From the NCBI GenBank assembly GCA_964609895.1, contig CAZSTG010000002.1:84373-148372 (forward strand): 64,000 nucleotides of DNA. The letters are read 5' to 3'. The stretch is from an uncultured Gammaproteobacteria bacterium (GTDB taxonomy: Bacteria > Patescibacteriota > Microgenomatia > UBA10105 > UBA927). Shown here piece after piece: positions 1-9,249 of the stretch. The translations under genes and the position numbers were made by a program. Under the pieces are notes generated by a model. The model saw only the letters and a list, made by a program, of their open reading frames with translations. It had not been told where the DNA came from and did not search any database. The number at the start of each line of letters is the position of its first letter. Position 1 is the stretch's first letter.

Positions 1-2
1 TA

Positions 3-785
3 ACAATTGTTTTTACCGTAATTGGACTGTTTGTAGTTATCGCGATGCTGTACCCACCCAATTGGAAAGTTTTTGGTCCGACAAAAATCGGTGGAGTCTT
101 CCGTTTTGGAAGATTCGTCCGACTGCTTGGACCGGGAATTCACCACATTTGGCTGTGGGAGTCGGCAAAAATAGACGACACGCGACAGATACAAGTACAA
201 ATACCGTCAACGGATATGTCAGTCATCGGTACACAGAATATGACGTTTAATCTGGATACTCAGGTTTTTTGCCATATTACTGATCCGATGAAACGGTATC
301 TCAAATACAACGGTACGTTAACAGATGGCATTGTCACACTTGTCGAGGGTTCGCTCACCATGGCACTCAACCAACTGCGGGTCAACCCATTTGATTCTCC
401 CTCGGGGAAACAACGCATGTATGACCTTAGCAACAAATGGCTAGTCAATGCTGCTGCCGACTGGGGTATTCAAATTGATCGGTATGTGTTTCAAAAGGTG
501 TATCCGCCAAAGCCCGTCTTGGAAAAGACAGCTGTTATCATGAGAGCAGAAGGCGAAGCCAAAGCATTGCTGGTAAAAACAGCGGCTGAAAATACCGCAT
601 ATCAACAGAAAAAAGCAATGCAAGGCAAGGATTTTCTGCCGCTTCAGACATTGCAAACGCTGCATGACACTGTTGCCGACGGCGCTGTTGCTGGCGGATT
701 AAAAACAGTTGTGATCGGGGATGATTCATCAAAAGCCCTGACGCAGTTACTCAATCAAGGAGACACACATGAAAAACCGGATTGA
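3..785 (+). CDS. SPFH/Band 7 (stomatin/QmcA-like) membrane protein, 5'-partial
   Basis: Frame is open from base 3 (hydrophobic TIVFTVIGLFVVIA before the ATG at 45). Motifs VFRFGRFVRLLGPGIH, AAADWGIQIDRY and the AEGEAKA coiled coil are typical of SPFH. Confidence 0.85.
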   Translation, partial: TIVFTVIGLFVVIAMLYPPNWKVFGPTKIGGVFRFGRFVRLLGPGIHHIWLWESAKIDDTRQIQVQIPSTDMSVIGTQNMTFNLDTQVFCHITDPMKRYLKYNGTLTDGIVTLVEGSLTMALNQLRVNPFDSPSGKQRMYDLSNKWLVNAAADWGIQIDRYVFQKVYPPKPVLEKTAVIMRAEGEAKALLVKTAAENTAYQQKKAMQGKDFLPLQTLQTLHDTVADGAVAGGLKTVVIGDDSSKALTQLLNQGDTHEKPD

Positions 786-1275
786 AAATGCGATCATATT
801 ATGGATTCGTCAGTCGGGCGAATTCATAAAAGGCTTGGTGAAATATTGGTGGGGAGCCTTATTCATCGTGATTTTTAGTTTAATCACGTTCGTCTACGGT
901 GCTCCTCCGATATTCCCAAAACTTTCCAGTACTACCTATACCCACGGGATTTTAACCTGCGCCATGGTTGCCTGGTGTTTTGGGTTCTGGACGTTCGTTA
1001 TGACGAAAAAGGAATATGAAATTTCCCAAGATCGTCAGCAATCGCCTGTCAAGAAAACGGGAAACAGGAATTGGGTTTCGGTAAGTTTCGGCCTTATCGC
1101 AGTGCTTGTTTTCTGGTTGCTTGGAACCCCGCGATTGGCGCTTATCATCATCGGCGTTTTGCAGTTTTTTGCTTTCGGGATCGGATATAAATATCCACAG
1201 CAGGCAGAATACCTGCTTCCGAGACTGTGCAATACCGCTTTGGTTTTTTTGTCCGTATGGATTCTAGCGGCGTAA
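769..1275 (+). CDS. Hypothetical integral membrane protein (4-5 TM), coupled to the SPFH gene
   Basis: AAGGAG RBS upstream, overlaps the SPFH stop, several hydrophobic segments. Confidence 0.75.
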   Translation: MKNRIENAIILWIRQSGEFIKGLVKYWWGALFIVIFSLITFVYGAPPIFPKLSSTTYTHGILTCAMVAWCFGFWTFVMTKKEYEISQDRQQSPVKKTGNRNWVSVSFGLIAVLVFWLLGTPRLALIIIGVLQFFAFGIGYKYPQQAEYLLPRLCNTALVFLSVWILAA

Positions 1276-1373
1276 TTTCTTCATTCACAACCTGTATCAA
1301 AAACAGGATGCCTGAAAGGTCAAAAAGTCATTGATTGTCTGTAGAGACGGTCACGATTTTTCTTTCTAGGTTC

Positions 1374-1486
1374 GAGCCGGTATGGTGAAATTTGCTTGAC
1401 CATTTTTTGGTCTTCTTATTTCACCGTACCTGCTCTTTTTCCTTTTCACAAATGAGTTTCATTTGTGAGCAGAGAAGAGAGTATTT
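1374..1486 (+). terminator. Long hairpin(s) with U-tract downstream of the SPFH operon
   Basis: GGTATGGTGAAAT...ATTTCACCGTACC followed by CTCTTTTT; second hairpin TCACAAATGA...TCATTTGTGA. Confidence 0.5.
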
Positions 1487-1511
1487 TACAAGGTGTAAAA
1501 ACGTAATTTCA

Positions 1512-1526
1512 CGAGGGTCTGACCCT
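1512..1526. repeat. AGGGTC(T/A)GACCCT palindromic REP-like element, copy 1
   Basis: CGAGGGTCTGACCCT just upstream of ATG 1535; same core recurs at 2391, 2421, 52016 and (degenerate) 55121. Confidence 0.8.
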
Positions 1527-1534
1527 GTAAACAT

Positions 1535-2335
1535 ATGAATCTGGAACGCGGTAGTTTCAATGTTAAAAATCATATCAACTATGCTCCGGTGAAAATAATC
1601 CCTGAAGGTTGGGGGAATGTATTTGTTCAGTACGAACCAAACAACTGGCAGCGTACAACGCCGGTTATTGATCCAGCAGAGCCCGATCATAAAGCACAGG
1701 GAACAATCTCTCTGCAGATTGGGAAAGAAAAACCAACAACTATTCCGAATGGAGAAGTAACCGTTCCTGACGGGGCGACTGTTACCTGTACTTATTTTAC
1801 GAAAAACAATCCAACGGGCATGCAGCCGATTACTATAGAAGTATATAAGAATGGCTCCTCTCCCACTGTTTTTAATCCAAACGATGCCGATGAAAAGAAA
1901 TTTCTCCTTGCGAGCCAGTCTGCGTTTACCGGTGAGGAATTTCCCAATCAACTCGAACCGAAAATGAAAGTGTGGGAAGAGAAAAACCCAACGTATATCA
2001 CACAATCTCAGGTGGAGGAAATTCTGGGATTTCGCGTTGACATATTGATCAAAAAAGGATTTATTCATCCTCGCTATAGTGATCACAAAGGTACGATTAA
2101 GGAATTTACCACGCACGACGTCTTACGTGCATTTCTTGTCCATGCTGTCAAAGAAGAAAATCATCTTGTGTTTTGGAGTCAGGTTCGCTCTTCAACCGTG
2201 ACGCCATTTACCAAACAGAATGTCCAATATATGAAAGAACAATCCGAATGGAATAATTTGGTAAAACGCGGAAAATCATTTGGCGTGGATGTAGAGCAGT
2301 ATGTCGATAGTCTTTTGAAGAACATAGATCATTAA
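1535..2335 (+). CDS. Hypothetical protein with possible C-terminal MerR-like winged HTH
   Basis: 266-aa ORF; YITQSQVEEILG...LIKKGFIHPRYSDHKGTIKEFTTHDVLR resembles MerR HTH spacing. Confidence 0.6.
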   Translation: MNLERGSFNVKNHINYAPVKIIPEGWGNVFVQYEPNNWQRTTPVIDPAEPDHKAQGTISLQIGKEKPTTIPNGEVTVPDGATVTCTYFTKNNPTGMQPITIEVYKNGSSPTVFNPNDADEKKFLLASQSAFTGEEFPNQLEPKMKVWEEKNPTYITQSQVEEILGFRVDILIKKGFIHPRYSDHKGTIKEFTTHDVLRAFLVHAVKEENHLVFWSQVRSSTVTPFTKQNVQYMKEQSEWNNLVKRGKSFGVDVEQYVDSLLKNIDH

Positions 2336-2390
2336 TATATTTGTATGTGAGCATATTGTTTGCTCTGATCATTTTGTGTGTATTCTCTAG

Positions 2391-2443
2391 CGAGGGTCAG
2401 ACCCTCGAAAAAATAGCTTCAGGAGAGGGTCAGACCCTCTCCT
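2391..2443. repeat. Two AGGGTCAGACCCT palindromes (copies 2 and 3)
   Basis: CGAGGGTCAGACCCTCG (2391-2407) and AGGAGAGGGTCAGACCCTCTCCT (2421-2443). Confidence 0.9.
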
Positions 2444-2487
2444 TGCATAGTTGGTTTTGATTGTTTTGTGATAGAATGCAAGTTGCC

Positions 2488-3543
2488 ATGTTTGACTTCT
2501 TTTTTGGATTACTTTCACATGATCTTGGTATCGACCTCGGTACTGCAAATACGCTCGTGTATGTCAAAGGAAAAGGTATTCTTATTCGTGAACCGTCGGT
2601 TGTTGCTAGACAAAAACGTTCCAAGCAGGTGGTTGCCATCGGTAAAGAAGCCAAAAAAATGCTCGGGAAAACTCCCGGAACAATTGATGCGATACGTCCG
2701 TTGAAAGATGGGGTGATTGCGGATTTTGACGCGACAGCTGCAATGCTGAAGTATTATATCGGCATTGTCCATGAACATCCGAAAACCAGATTATTACCGA
2801 ACATTCCCCGCCCCAAAGTGGTGATTGGTATTCCTTCGGGAGTGACGGAAGTAGAACGCAGGGCCGTGCAGGAAGCAGCCTTGATGGCAGGTGCGCGTGA
2901 AGCGTATCTCATTGAAGAGCCGATGGCTGCGGCGATCGGTTCAAAATTGCCGATTCAGGATTCAGCCGGAAGTTTCATTTGCGATATCGGCGGCGGTACA
3001 ACGGAAATTGCCGTGCTGTCTTTGGGCGGTATTGTCGTGAACCGGAGTATCAGAACTGCAGGAGATGAAATGGATGAGGCAATTCAGACATTCGTCCGTG
3101 TGAAATACGGTATGCTGATCGGTGATCAGACGGCCGAAGCGGTAAAAATTGCCGTCGGCAGCGCATATCCTGTCGGCAAGAGTGACCGGCAGACAGTGGT
3201 GCGCGGTCGCGATATTGAAACAGGATTGCCGCGTTCGATCCGTATTAGCGAATCGGAAGTCAGAGAGGCACTCGCACCGGTGATTCAGGAAATCGTTGAA
3301 GCAATCAGTGAAACTATGGAAGAAACGCCGCCTGAGTTGGTCGGTGACATTCTCGAACACGGCATTGTCATTGCAGGAGGCGGATCACTGATCCGTGGAA
3401 TAGACAAGCTTATCGCCACGGAAACCAAAATGCCTGTATGGATCACGGAAGATCCGCAAACCGCCGTTGTCCGCGGGTGTGGTATATTACTTGATGATGC
3501 GGCACTTTTATCTCATGTAAAAGTTGCACAAAAAAAAGTGTAA
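2488..3543 (+). CDS. mreB: Rod shape-determining protein MreB
   Basis: GIDLGTANT, IRPLKDGVIADF, EEPMAAAIG, DIGGGTTE. Start set at ATG 2488, downstream of TG-n-TAGAAT. Confidence 0.97.
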   Translation: MFDFFFGLLSHDLGIDLGTANTLVYVKGKGILIREPSVVARQKRSKQVVAIGKEAKKMLGKTPGTIDAIRPLKDGVIADFDATAAMLKYYIGIVHEHPKTRLLPNIPRPKVVIGIPSGVTEVERRAVQEAALMAGAREAYLIEEPMAAAIGSKLPIQDSAGSFICDIGGGTTEIAVLSLGGIVVNRSIRTAGDEMDEAIQTFVRVKYGMLIGDQTAEAVKIAVGSAYPVGKSDRQTVVRGRDIETGLPRSIRISESEVREALAPVIQEIVEAISETMEETPPELVGDILEHGIVIAGGGSLIRGIDKLIATETKMPVWITEDPQTAVVRGCGILLDDAALLSHVKVAQKKV

Positions 3544-3568
3544 TGCGATCGAGTATTATTTCATCCGT

Positions 3569-4147
3569 ATGTCATTTGCCTTAGGTATTTCTCGCGTTTT
3601 TGAACCTCTCGTATTATTTGTGTTTATCCTTGTGATGGTCTTTGTGCGGGCTCATGTACCTATTAATACTGCATTGTGGCAGGCAAGTATTATTCTGTTT
3701 GTGATGATTGTGCCGCCGATTGTTTTGCTTCTCCGCGCGCTGAAAAAAAAGAAAATTTCCAATTGGGATATGAGCGACCGCGAACAGCGCGTGGGTGCGT
3801 TTGCCGTATTTCTCGGTATTTTTGCTTTCGGAGTTTTGTTGCTTTCTTTATTCCGCGTTCCAATCATTACTCATTTTTTCCTGTACATGTTTGGTGTATT
3901 TCTGCTCTTTTTTGCCGTGACGCTTGTCTATAAAATGTCGGGACATCTGACGGGAGCGGCCATTTGGGTAGTGTGCGTTTCTTCGTGGTTTGGTGGGTGG
4001 ACGAATCTTCTTATTTTGATATTGCCGCTGTTATGTTGGTCACGTGTGACGCTGAAGCGGCATACAGTGGGACAGGTACTCCTTGGAATGGTATTTGGAT
4101 TGATTGTCGGGTATGTCGGCGTTCAATTCGGATATATTCCACACTAA
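3569..4147 (+). CDS. PAP2-superfamily integral membrane protein
   Basis: Multi-TM; KMSGH and WSRVTLKRHT.GQVLLG motifs. Confidence 0.75.
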   Translation: MSFALGISRVFEPLVLFVFILVMVFVRAHVPINTALWQASIILFVMIVPPIVLLLRALKKKKISNWDMSDREQRVGAFAVFLGIFAFGVLLLSLFRVPIITHFFLYMFGVFLLFFAVTLVYKMSGHLTGAAIWVVCVSSWFGGWTNLLILILPLLCWSRVTLKRHTVGQVLLGMVFGLIVGYVGVQFGYIPH

Positions 4148-4153
4148 AACTGT

Positions 4154-5995
4154 ATGAAACTTGGGGAGGCATTTTCAGAAAACGTGACCGGCGGCGGAAT
4201 ACGGGACAAGCGGTTGTTCCGGAATGCCACAGATTCATGGTGGAGCGGTTCAGGACGATTTTTATTATTTGTCTCATTGCTGTATCTTTCTTTGTTTGCC
4301 CTCCTTTGGCGGTTGTTTGATCTTACTGTGGTGCAGGGACACCAATACCGGAATCTTGCGGATGGAAACAGGACACGGGCATTGATTCGCCATGCTCCGC
4401 GCGGTCTATTGCTTGACCGAACCGGAAAGCCACTCGTTGCCAATATTCCTGAATACCGGTTGATCCGTCCGTGTGAGGGAGAGCATGCGACAGAGGAATG
4501 CACCACACGCATTTCAGAGGAAGAAGGGAACAGACTGCAAACAACAGGACTTCCACTTGGGAGTTTTCTGGAAGTCGATTATAAACGGGTGTATCTGTAT
4601 CCGGAGGCAACTGCCCACATACTCGGGTATATCAATGAATTGACCGAGGAGGAAGTGCATGATGATTATTATGCACTCAGGGGTTACGGTTCTGGCGACA
4701 GGCTCGGAAGAACGGGAGCAGAAGAAGTGTTTGAGGAGCGGCTTCGCGGAAAAAATGGAAAAGAGTTGGTCGAGGTTGATTCGACAGGGAAAATCCTACG
4801 GGTGCTTGGATCCGACCCTGCAATTGCCGGAGAAAATATCACACTGTCTATTGATATCGGTCTTTCTCTTGCTGCGCAGACAGCGTTTCCAACCGATGCA
4901 AAAGGCGCAGTGGTTGTGTCAAAACCTGCAACAGGGGAAATCTTGGCGCTGTATTCCAGTCCTTCCTATAACCCGAATTTGTTTACTTCCGGCATGTCTG
5001 CTGAAGAGTACACGCAACTGGTAAACAATCCGGATTTGCCGTTGTTTAACCGTTCCATCGGCGGTGTGTACCCCCCCGGTTCAACGTTTAAAATTGTAAC
5101 GGCCATAGCAGCGCTGGAAGAAAAAGCGATTGACAAGGACACCACTGTTGAAGATACAGGTGTGATATCCATCGGTCCGTACCAGTTTCCGAACTGGTAT
5201 TTTCTTGAATACGGAAAAACGGATGGCTTGGTAAATGTTGCTAAAGCACTCCAAAGGTCAAACGATATCTTTTTTTACAAGGCGGGGGAATGGTTGGGTA
5301 TTTCCAAACTTGCAGAGTGGGCACAAAAGATTGGTATCGGGAAACCACTCGGCATTGAATTGTTTGGTGAAGCGGGCGGATTGATGCCTGATCCAGAATG
5401 GAAAAACACGCAGTTCCAAACACCGGAAGATTTGGAGTTGCGGAATAATGAATGGTATCTGGGAGACACGTACCATGTTTCCATCGGACAGGGATATCTG
5501 CTGACAACGCCTTTACAGGTCAATACATGGACTAGTGTGATTGCAAACAACGGCAATTTCTGTAAACCCACCATCAAAAAAGTGACGGACAACCGGTTTT
5601 CGGGTGCCTCCTGTAAAACACTCCATATTGATAAACGTACCATCGAAACAATTACAACCGGTATGGACGAAGCATGTACAACAGGCGGAACCGGTTGGCC
5701 GCTGTTTGATTTTCATGTGACCGCATCCGGTTCAGCAGAAGCCACGTTTATTCCTGTTGCATGCAAAACAGGAACGGCTGAGTTTGGTGATGCGGCCACA
5801 AAACCTCATGCGTGGTTTACCGCATTTGCGCCGATTCCTGAACACTACAACAAAGGAGTGATTGATGTCGGTAAAAAAGTTATTTCCGGTGATCCTGAAC
5901 TTGCCATATCCGTTTTAATTGAAGGCGCGGGACAAGGAAGTGATCAGGCATCGCCTATCGCTAAAAAAATATTTGAAGCGTGGTTTTTACGGTAA
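4154..5995 (+). CDS. mrdA: Penicillin-binding protein 2 (class B transpeptidase)
   Basis: N-terminal TM, APRG..LDRTG, PGSTFK (SxxK), SND, KTGT. Confidence 0.93.
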   Translation: MKLGEAFSENVTGGGIRDKRLFRNATDSWWSGSGRFLLFVSLLYLSLFALLWRLFDLTVVQGHQYRNLADGNRTRALIRHAPRGLLLDRTGKPLVANIPEYRLIRPCEGEHATEECTTRISEEEGNRLQTTGLPLGSFLEVDYKRVYLYPEATAHILGYINELTEEEVHDDYYALRGYGSGDRLGRTGAEEVFEERLRGKNGKELVEVDSTGKILRVLGSDPAIAGENITLSIDIGLSLAAQTAFPTDAKGAVVVSKPATGEILALYSSPSYNPNLFTSGMSAEEYTQLVNNPDLPLFNRSIGGVYPPGSTFKIVTAIAALEEKAIDKDTTVEDTGVISIGPYQFPNWYFLEYGKTDGLVNVAKALQRSNDIFFYKAGEWLGISKLAEWAQKIGIGKPLGIELFGEAGGLMPDPEWKNTQFQTPEDLELRNNEWYLGDTYHVSIGQGYLLTTPLQVNTWTSVIANNGNFCKPTIKKVTDNRFSGASCKTLHIDKRTIETITTGMDEACTTGGTGWPLFDFHVTASGSAEATFIPVACKTGTAEFGDAATKPHAWFTAFAPIPEHYNKGVIDVGKKVISGDPELAISVLIEGAGQGSDQASPIAKKIFEAWFLR

Positions 5996-6007
5996 CATCA
6001 TAGAGTT

Positions 6008-7282
6008 ATGACACATCAGCACATCGTTATTTTAGGGGCAGGCCCGTGCGGACTCGGTGCTGCTTGGCAGCTGCAAAAACGGGGAGTGACGTCGTTTCAT
6101 GTGTATGAGGCGGAACATCATGTCGGCGGCTTGTCTTCCTCGATAACGGACAAGAAGGGTTTTACGTGGGATATCGGCGGTCATGTTTTTCACGCGCATG
6201 ATATACGTATGCAACATGTGTTTGCGGAACTTCTTGGTAACAAGTATATTTCCTATACAAGAAATGCGCGTGTACTTATCGGTAATCAGATGATTCCGTA
6301 CCCGTTTCAATATAGTATCCCGTTTCTTCCTGAAAAGATAAGAGATGCATGTTTGGCCGGCTTGAAACAGACAAAAACAAAAGGAGTACCTGTTTCATTT
6401 GCAGATTGGATTTTGCAAAATTTCGGCAGCGGTATGGCAAAATATTTTTTCTTTCCGTACAACAAAAAAATGTGGCGATATCCTATTACCCGCATGCAGT
6501 GGCAATGGATTGACGAACGCATTGCAACCGCGCATGAGAAACATAAAGGAACTGCATGGGGGAGGAATGCACATTTTTCTGTTCCTTCAACCGGAGGTAT
6601 CGGTTCACTGTGGACTGCAATGGGGAAAGCATTGAAACACCATATCACCACCGGAAAACGTGTAGTAGCAATTGATGCAAGACAACATATCGTGACGTTT
6701 CAGGACGGATCAAAAGTGCGATATGATCATTTGCTTTCGACGATATCGCTCAAAGCACTTGTTGCTATGATAGACAGTCCGTTGCCTTCCGTCTCCCGTT
6801 TGCGGTCCTGTGGCGTCTACGTGGTGGGCATTGGCATACGGGGAAGTGTGCCAGAACAGTATAAAGATTTGCATTGGATGTATGTGCCGTCTTCTCGCGT
6901 GTCGTTTTTCCGCGTGAGCGTGTATTCCAATTATGGACAGCATAACGCACCTGATGGGACATGGTCATTGTTATTTGAAGTATCCTATGATGGAAAAAAG
7001 AAGCTGGATAAAGCCGCATGTATTCAGGAGGTGCTTCGCGCAGCAAAACGCATCCGCTGTATTCCTGATACTGTAGCAATTGTTGACACATTTTTTACTG
7101 CCGCGCCCGTTGCCTATCCGATTCCCACTATCGGACGGGATGCAGTTCTTGCAGCTATTTTGCCCAAACTTGAACAGCACAACATCAGTTCATTGGGTCG
7201 GTTTGGTTCGTGGAAATATGAAAAAGGAAATATGGATCACGCGTGTATGAGCGGCATGGAGTGGGCGAATGCTCACAGTTGA
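6008..7282 (+). CDS. FAD-dependent oxidoreductase, eukaryote-type UDP-galactopyranose mutase-like
   Basis: GAGPCGLGAA, GFTWDIGGHV, WGRNAHF..P.TGG, FRVSVYSNY, GRFGSWKYEKGNMDH. Confidence 0.75.
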   Translation: MTHQHIVILGAGPCGLGAAWQLQKRGVTSFHVYEAEHHVGGLSSSITDKKGFTWDIGGHVFHAHDIRMQHVFAELLGNKYISYTRNARVLIGNQMIPYPFQYSIPFLPEKIRDACLAGLKQTKTKGVPVSFADWILQNFGSGMAKYFFFPYNKKMWRYPITRMQWQWIDERIATAHEKHKGTAWGRNAHFSVPSTGGIGSLWTAMGKALKHHITTGKRVVAIDARQHIVTFQDGSKVRYDHLLSTISLKALVAMIDSPLPSVSRLRSCGVYVVGIGIRGSVPEQYKDLHWMYVPSSRVSFFRVSVYSNYGQHNAPDGTWSLLFEVSYDGKKKLDKAACIQEVLRAAKRIRCIPDTVAIVDTFFTAAPVAYPIPTIGRDAVLAAILPKLEQHNISSLGRFGSWKYEKGNMDHACMSGMEWANAHS

Positions 7283-8067
7283 TGCCGTTTCCTCCACATT
7301 GCAACTGCCGAGCGGATCGGTAGAAGAATAAAACTGTCCAGTGCAAATTGCAGTTTTTTTCCTGTCGGGCCGATGCTTTTTTCCCTATAGTGGATGATGG
7401 AACAATTGCGCAGGAAGAAAACCTTCCATTTTTTTGCTTTGACGCGCCTGAACAAATACTCTTCTTCACCGTAGAGAAAACAGTCCGGATTAAACCACTG
7501 CTTTGTCGGAAGGAGCATACTTCTTGCCAGAATACATCCGGCATTTAATATTGTTGTCCTGTGCGGGTACGGAAAAAGAACTGTGGTTGTTCCCGTGAGG
7601 AAGGCTATTATCTTTTCGATAACATATTCACACAGTCCCAGCACAGACGTCCTGCTTTTCATGAGAATGAGTTTTCCCTCGGCATTGTATTGTTCTGGTC
7701 CGACGACACCGGTATCCGGATGTGTGTCAAGAAAATCCGTCATTGTCCGTACTGCCTGTTCATTCACCTTTGTGTCCGGATTCAACAGCCAGATGTATGT
7801 TCCCCTTGCTTTTTTTAGTCCGATATTGTTTCCCTGCCCGAATCCCCAGTTGGTTTTCTGCGGCAATAGCGTTACCCAAGGATGGTGTTTCCTGACGACA
7901 GAAACCGTCGCGTCGGAAGACACGTTATCTACAACAAACACCTCATGTGTGTATTGTCGCAATGCGGTTTTTAGTGCATGAAGACAGGGATCAATGTCGG
8001 CTTCGGAATTCCAAGTGACAATAATGACGGAAAGATACGGGCGTTGCCGTTTTCTGCAAGACATCAT
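7273..8067 (-). CDS. Glycosyltransferase family 2
   Basis: SVIIVTWNS, VVDNVSSD, NWGFGQGNNIG, LLNPD, FLYGEE. Start moved to ATG 8067. Confidence 0.92.
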   Translation of the reverse strand: MMSCRKRQRPYLSVIIVTWNSEADIDPCLHALKTALRQYTHEVFVVDNVSSDATVSVVRKHHPWVTLLPQKTNWGFGQGNNIGLKKARGTYIWLLNPDTKVNEQAVRTMTDFLDTHPDTGVVGPEQYNAEGKLILMKSRTSVLGLCEYVIEKIIAFLTGTTTVLFPYPHRTTILNAGCILARSMLLPTKQWFNPDCFLYGEEEYLFRRVKAKKWKVFFLRNCSIIHYREKSIGPTGKKLQFALDSFILLPIRSAVAMWRKRHQL

Positions 8068-8142
8068 AGTACGTGCGTAGTATATAGAATCCGGAAGAGA
8101 GAGTAAAACTATACGGGAATATGATAGTGTAAGAAGTGAGTC

Positions 8143-9249
8143 ATGGATGAGGAAAGTCGGTACTTCATCGGGTTCAGTGTATTCCCCGGCATCGGACCGG
8201 TGCGTTTTCAACTTTTACTTTCGTATTTTGGCAGCGCGGCTGCCGCGTGGCATGCTTCGGAACATGATTTGGCATCCGTTCATTTGCCGTCACCCCTCGT
8301 TATGTCATTTTCCGCTTTTCGAAAAACGTTTTCCATTGATGCATATATCCACTCGCTCCATACGAATCACGTCATTGCTCTTACCAATATCCATCCACAT
8401 TATCCGAAACTGCTGAAAGAAATTTCTGATGCGCCGTTTGTGCTGTACGTCAGAGGGAAATCCACTCCACCTGTTGACATGGAACACACCATTGCAATTG
8501 TGGGGACGCGGCGGGCGACATCCTATGGGAGAGATGTCACAAAGACCTTGGTAGTAGATTTTGTTGCAGCCGGTTGCACCATTGTATCCGGTATGGCCTA
8601 TGGTATTGATGCGGTGGCACATGAAACAGCAATTGCGAACAATGGAAAAACAATTGCTGTCTTAGGGTGCGGCGTTGATGTGTGTGCACCTGCGGAGAAT
8701 CGCGGCATCTATGATGCAATTACTGCCGGCGGGTTCGGTGCAGCCGTATCTGAAATGCCTTTGGGGCTCAGGCCGAATAAGGGCTTGTTTCCCGCCAGAA
8801 ACAGGATTATCAGCGGACTTTCCCGTGCCGTTGTTGTAGTTGAGGGGGCTGAAGACAGCGGTGCGCTGATTACCGCGCGATATGCGGCGGAACAGGGGCG
8901 CGATGTGTTTGCAGTGCCTGGATCCATCATGAGCCCGATGAGTAGAGCACCGGCAAAACTGATGAAGGACGGTGCGCAGATAATTGAGTCGGCAGGTGAT
9001 GTGCTTTCCAGTTTGGGACTTGCAAACATGCGGCGTTCGGACAACAATAAAAACACGTGTGTTGTTGCAGGAAACGACAATGAGCAAAATATTCTTGCGA
9101 TTCTGAACCGAGAACCGACGCATATTGATGCACTTATTCAGGAGACCGGTTTGACAGCGGGTGTTGTTACTGCTACCATCACCGTTTTAGAATTAGGCGG
9201 ACGTGTGAAAGACCTTGGAGGAAATGTGTATGCCCTTAATCATTGTTGA
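8143..9249 (+). CDS. dprA: DNA-processing protein DprA
   Basis: YPKLLKEISDAPFVLYVRG, IAIVGTR, VSGMAYGIDAVAH, FPARNRIISGLS. Confidence 0.97.
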   Translation: MDEESRYFIGFSVFPGIGPVRFQLLLSYFGSAAAAWHASEHDLASVHLPSPLVMSFSAFRKTFSIDAYIHSLHTNHVIALTNIHPHYPKLLKEISDAPFVLYVRGKSTPPVDMEHTIAIVGTRRATSYGRDVTKTLVVDFVAAGCTIVSGMAYGIDAVAHETAIANNGKTIAVLGCGVDVCAPAENRGIYDAITAGGFGAAVSEMPLGLRPNKGLFPARNRIISGLSRAVVVVEGAEDSGALITARYAAEQGRDVFAVPGSIMSPMSRAPAKLMKDGAQIIESAGDVLSSLGLANMRRSDNNKNTCVVAGNDNEQNILAILNREPTHIDALIQETGLTAGVVTATITVLELGGRVKDLGGNVYALNHC

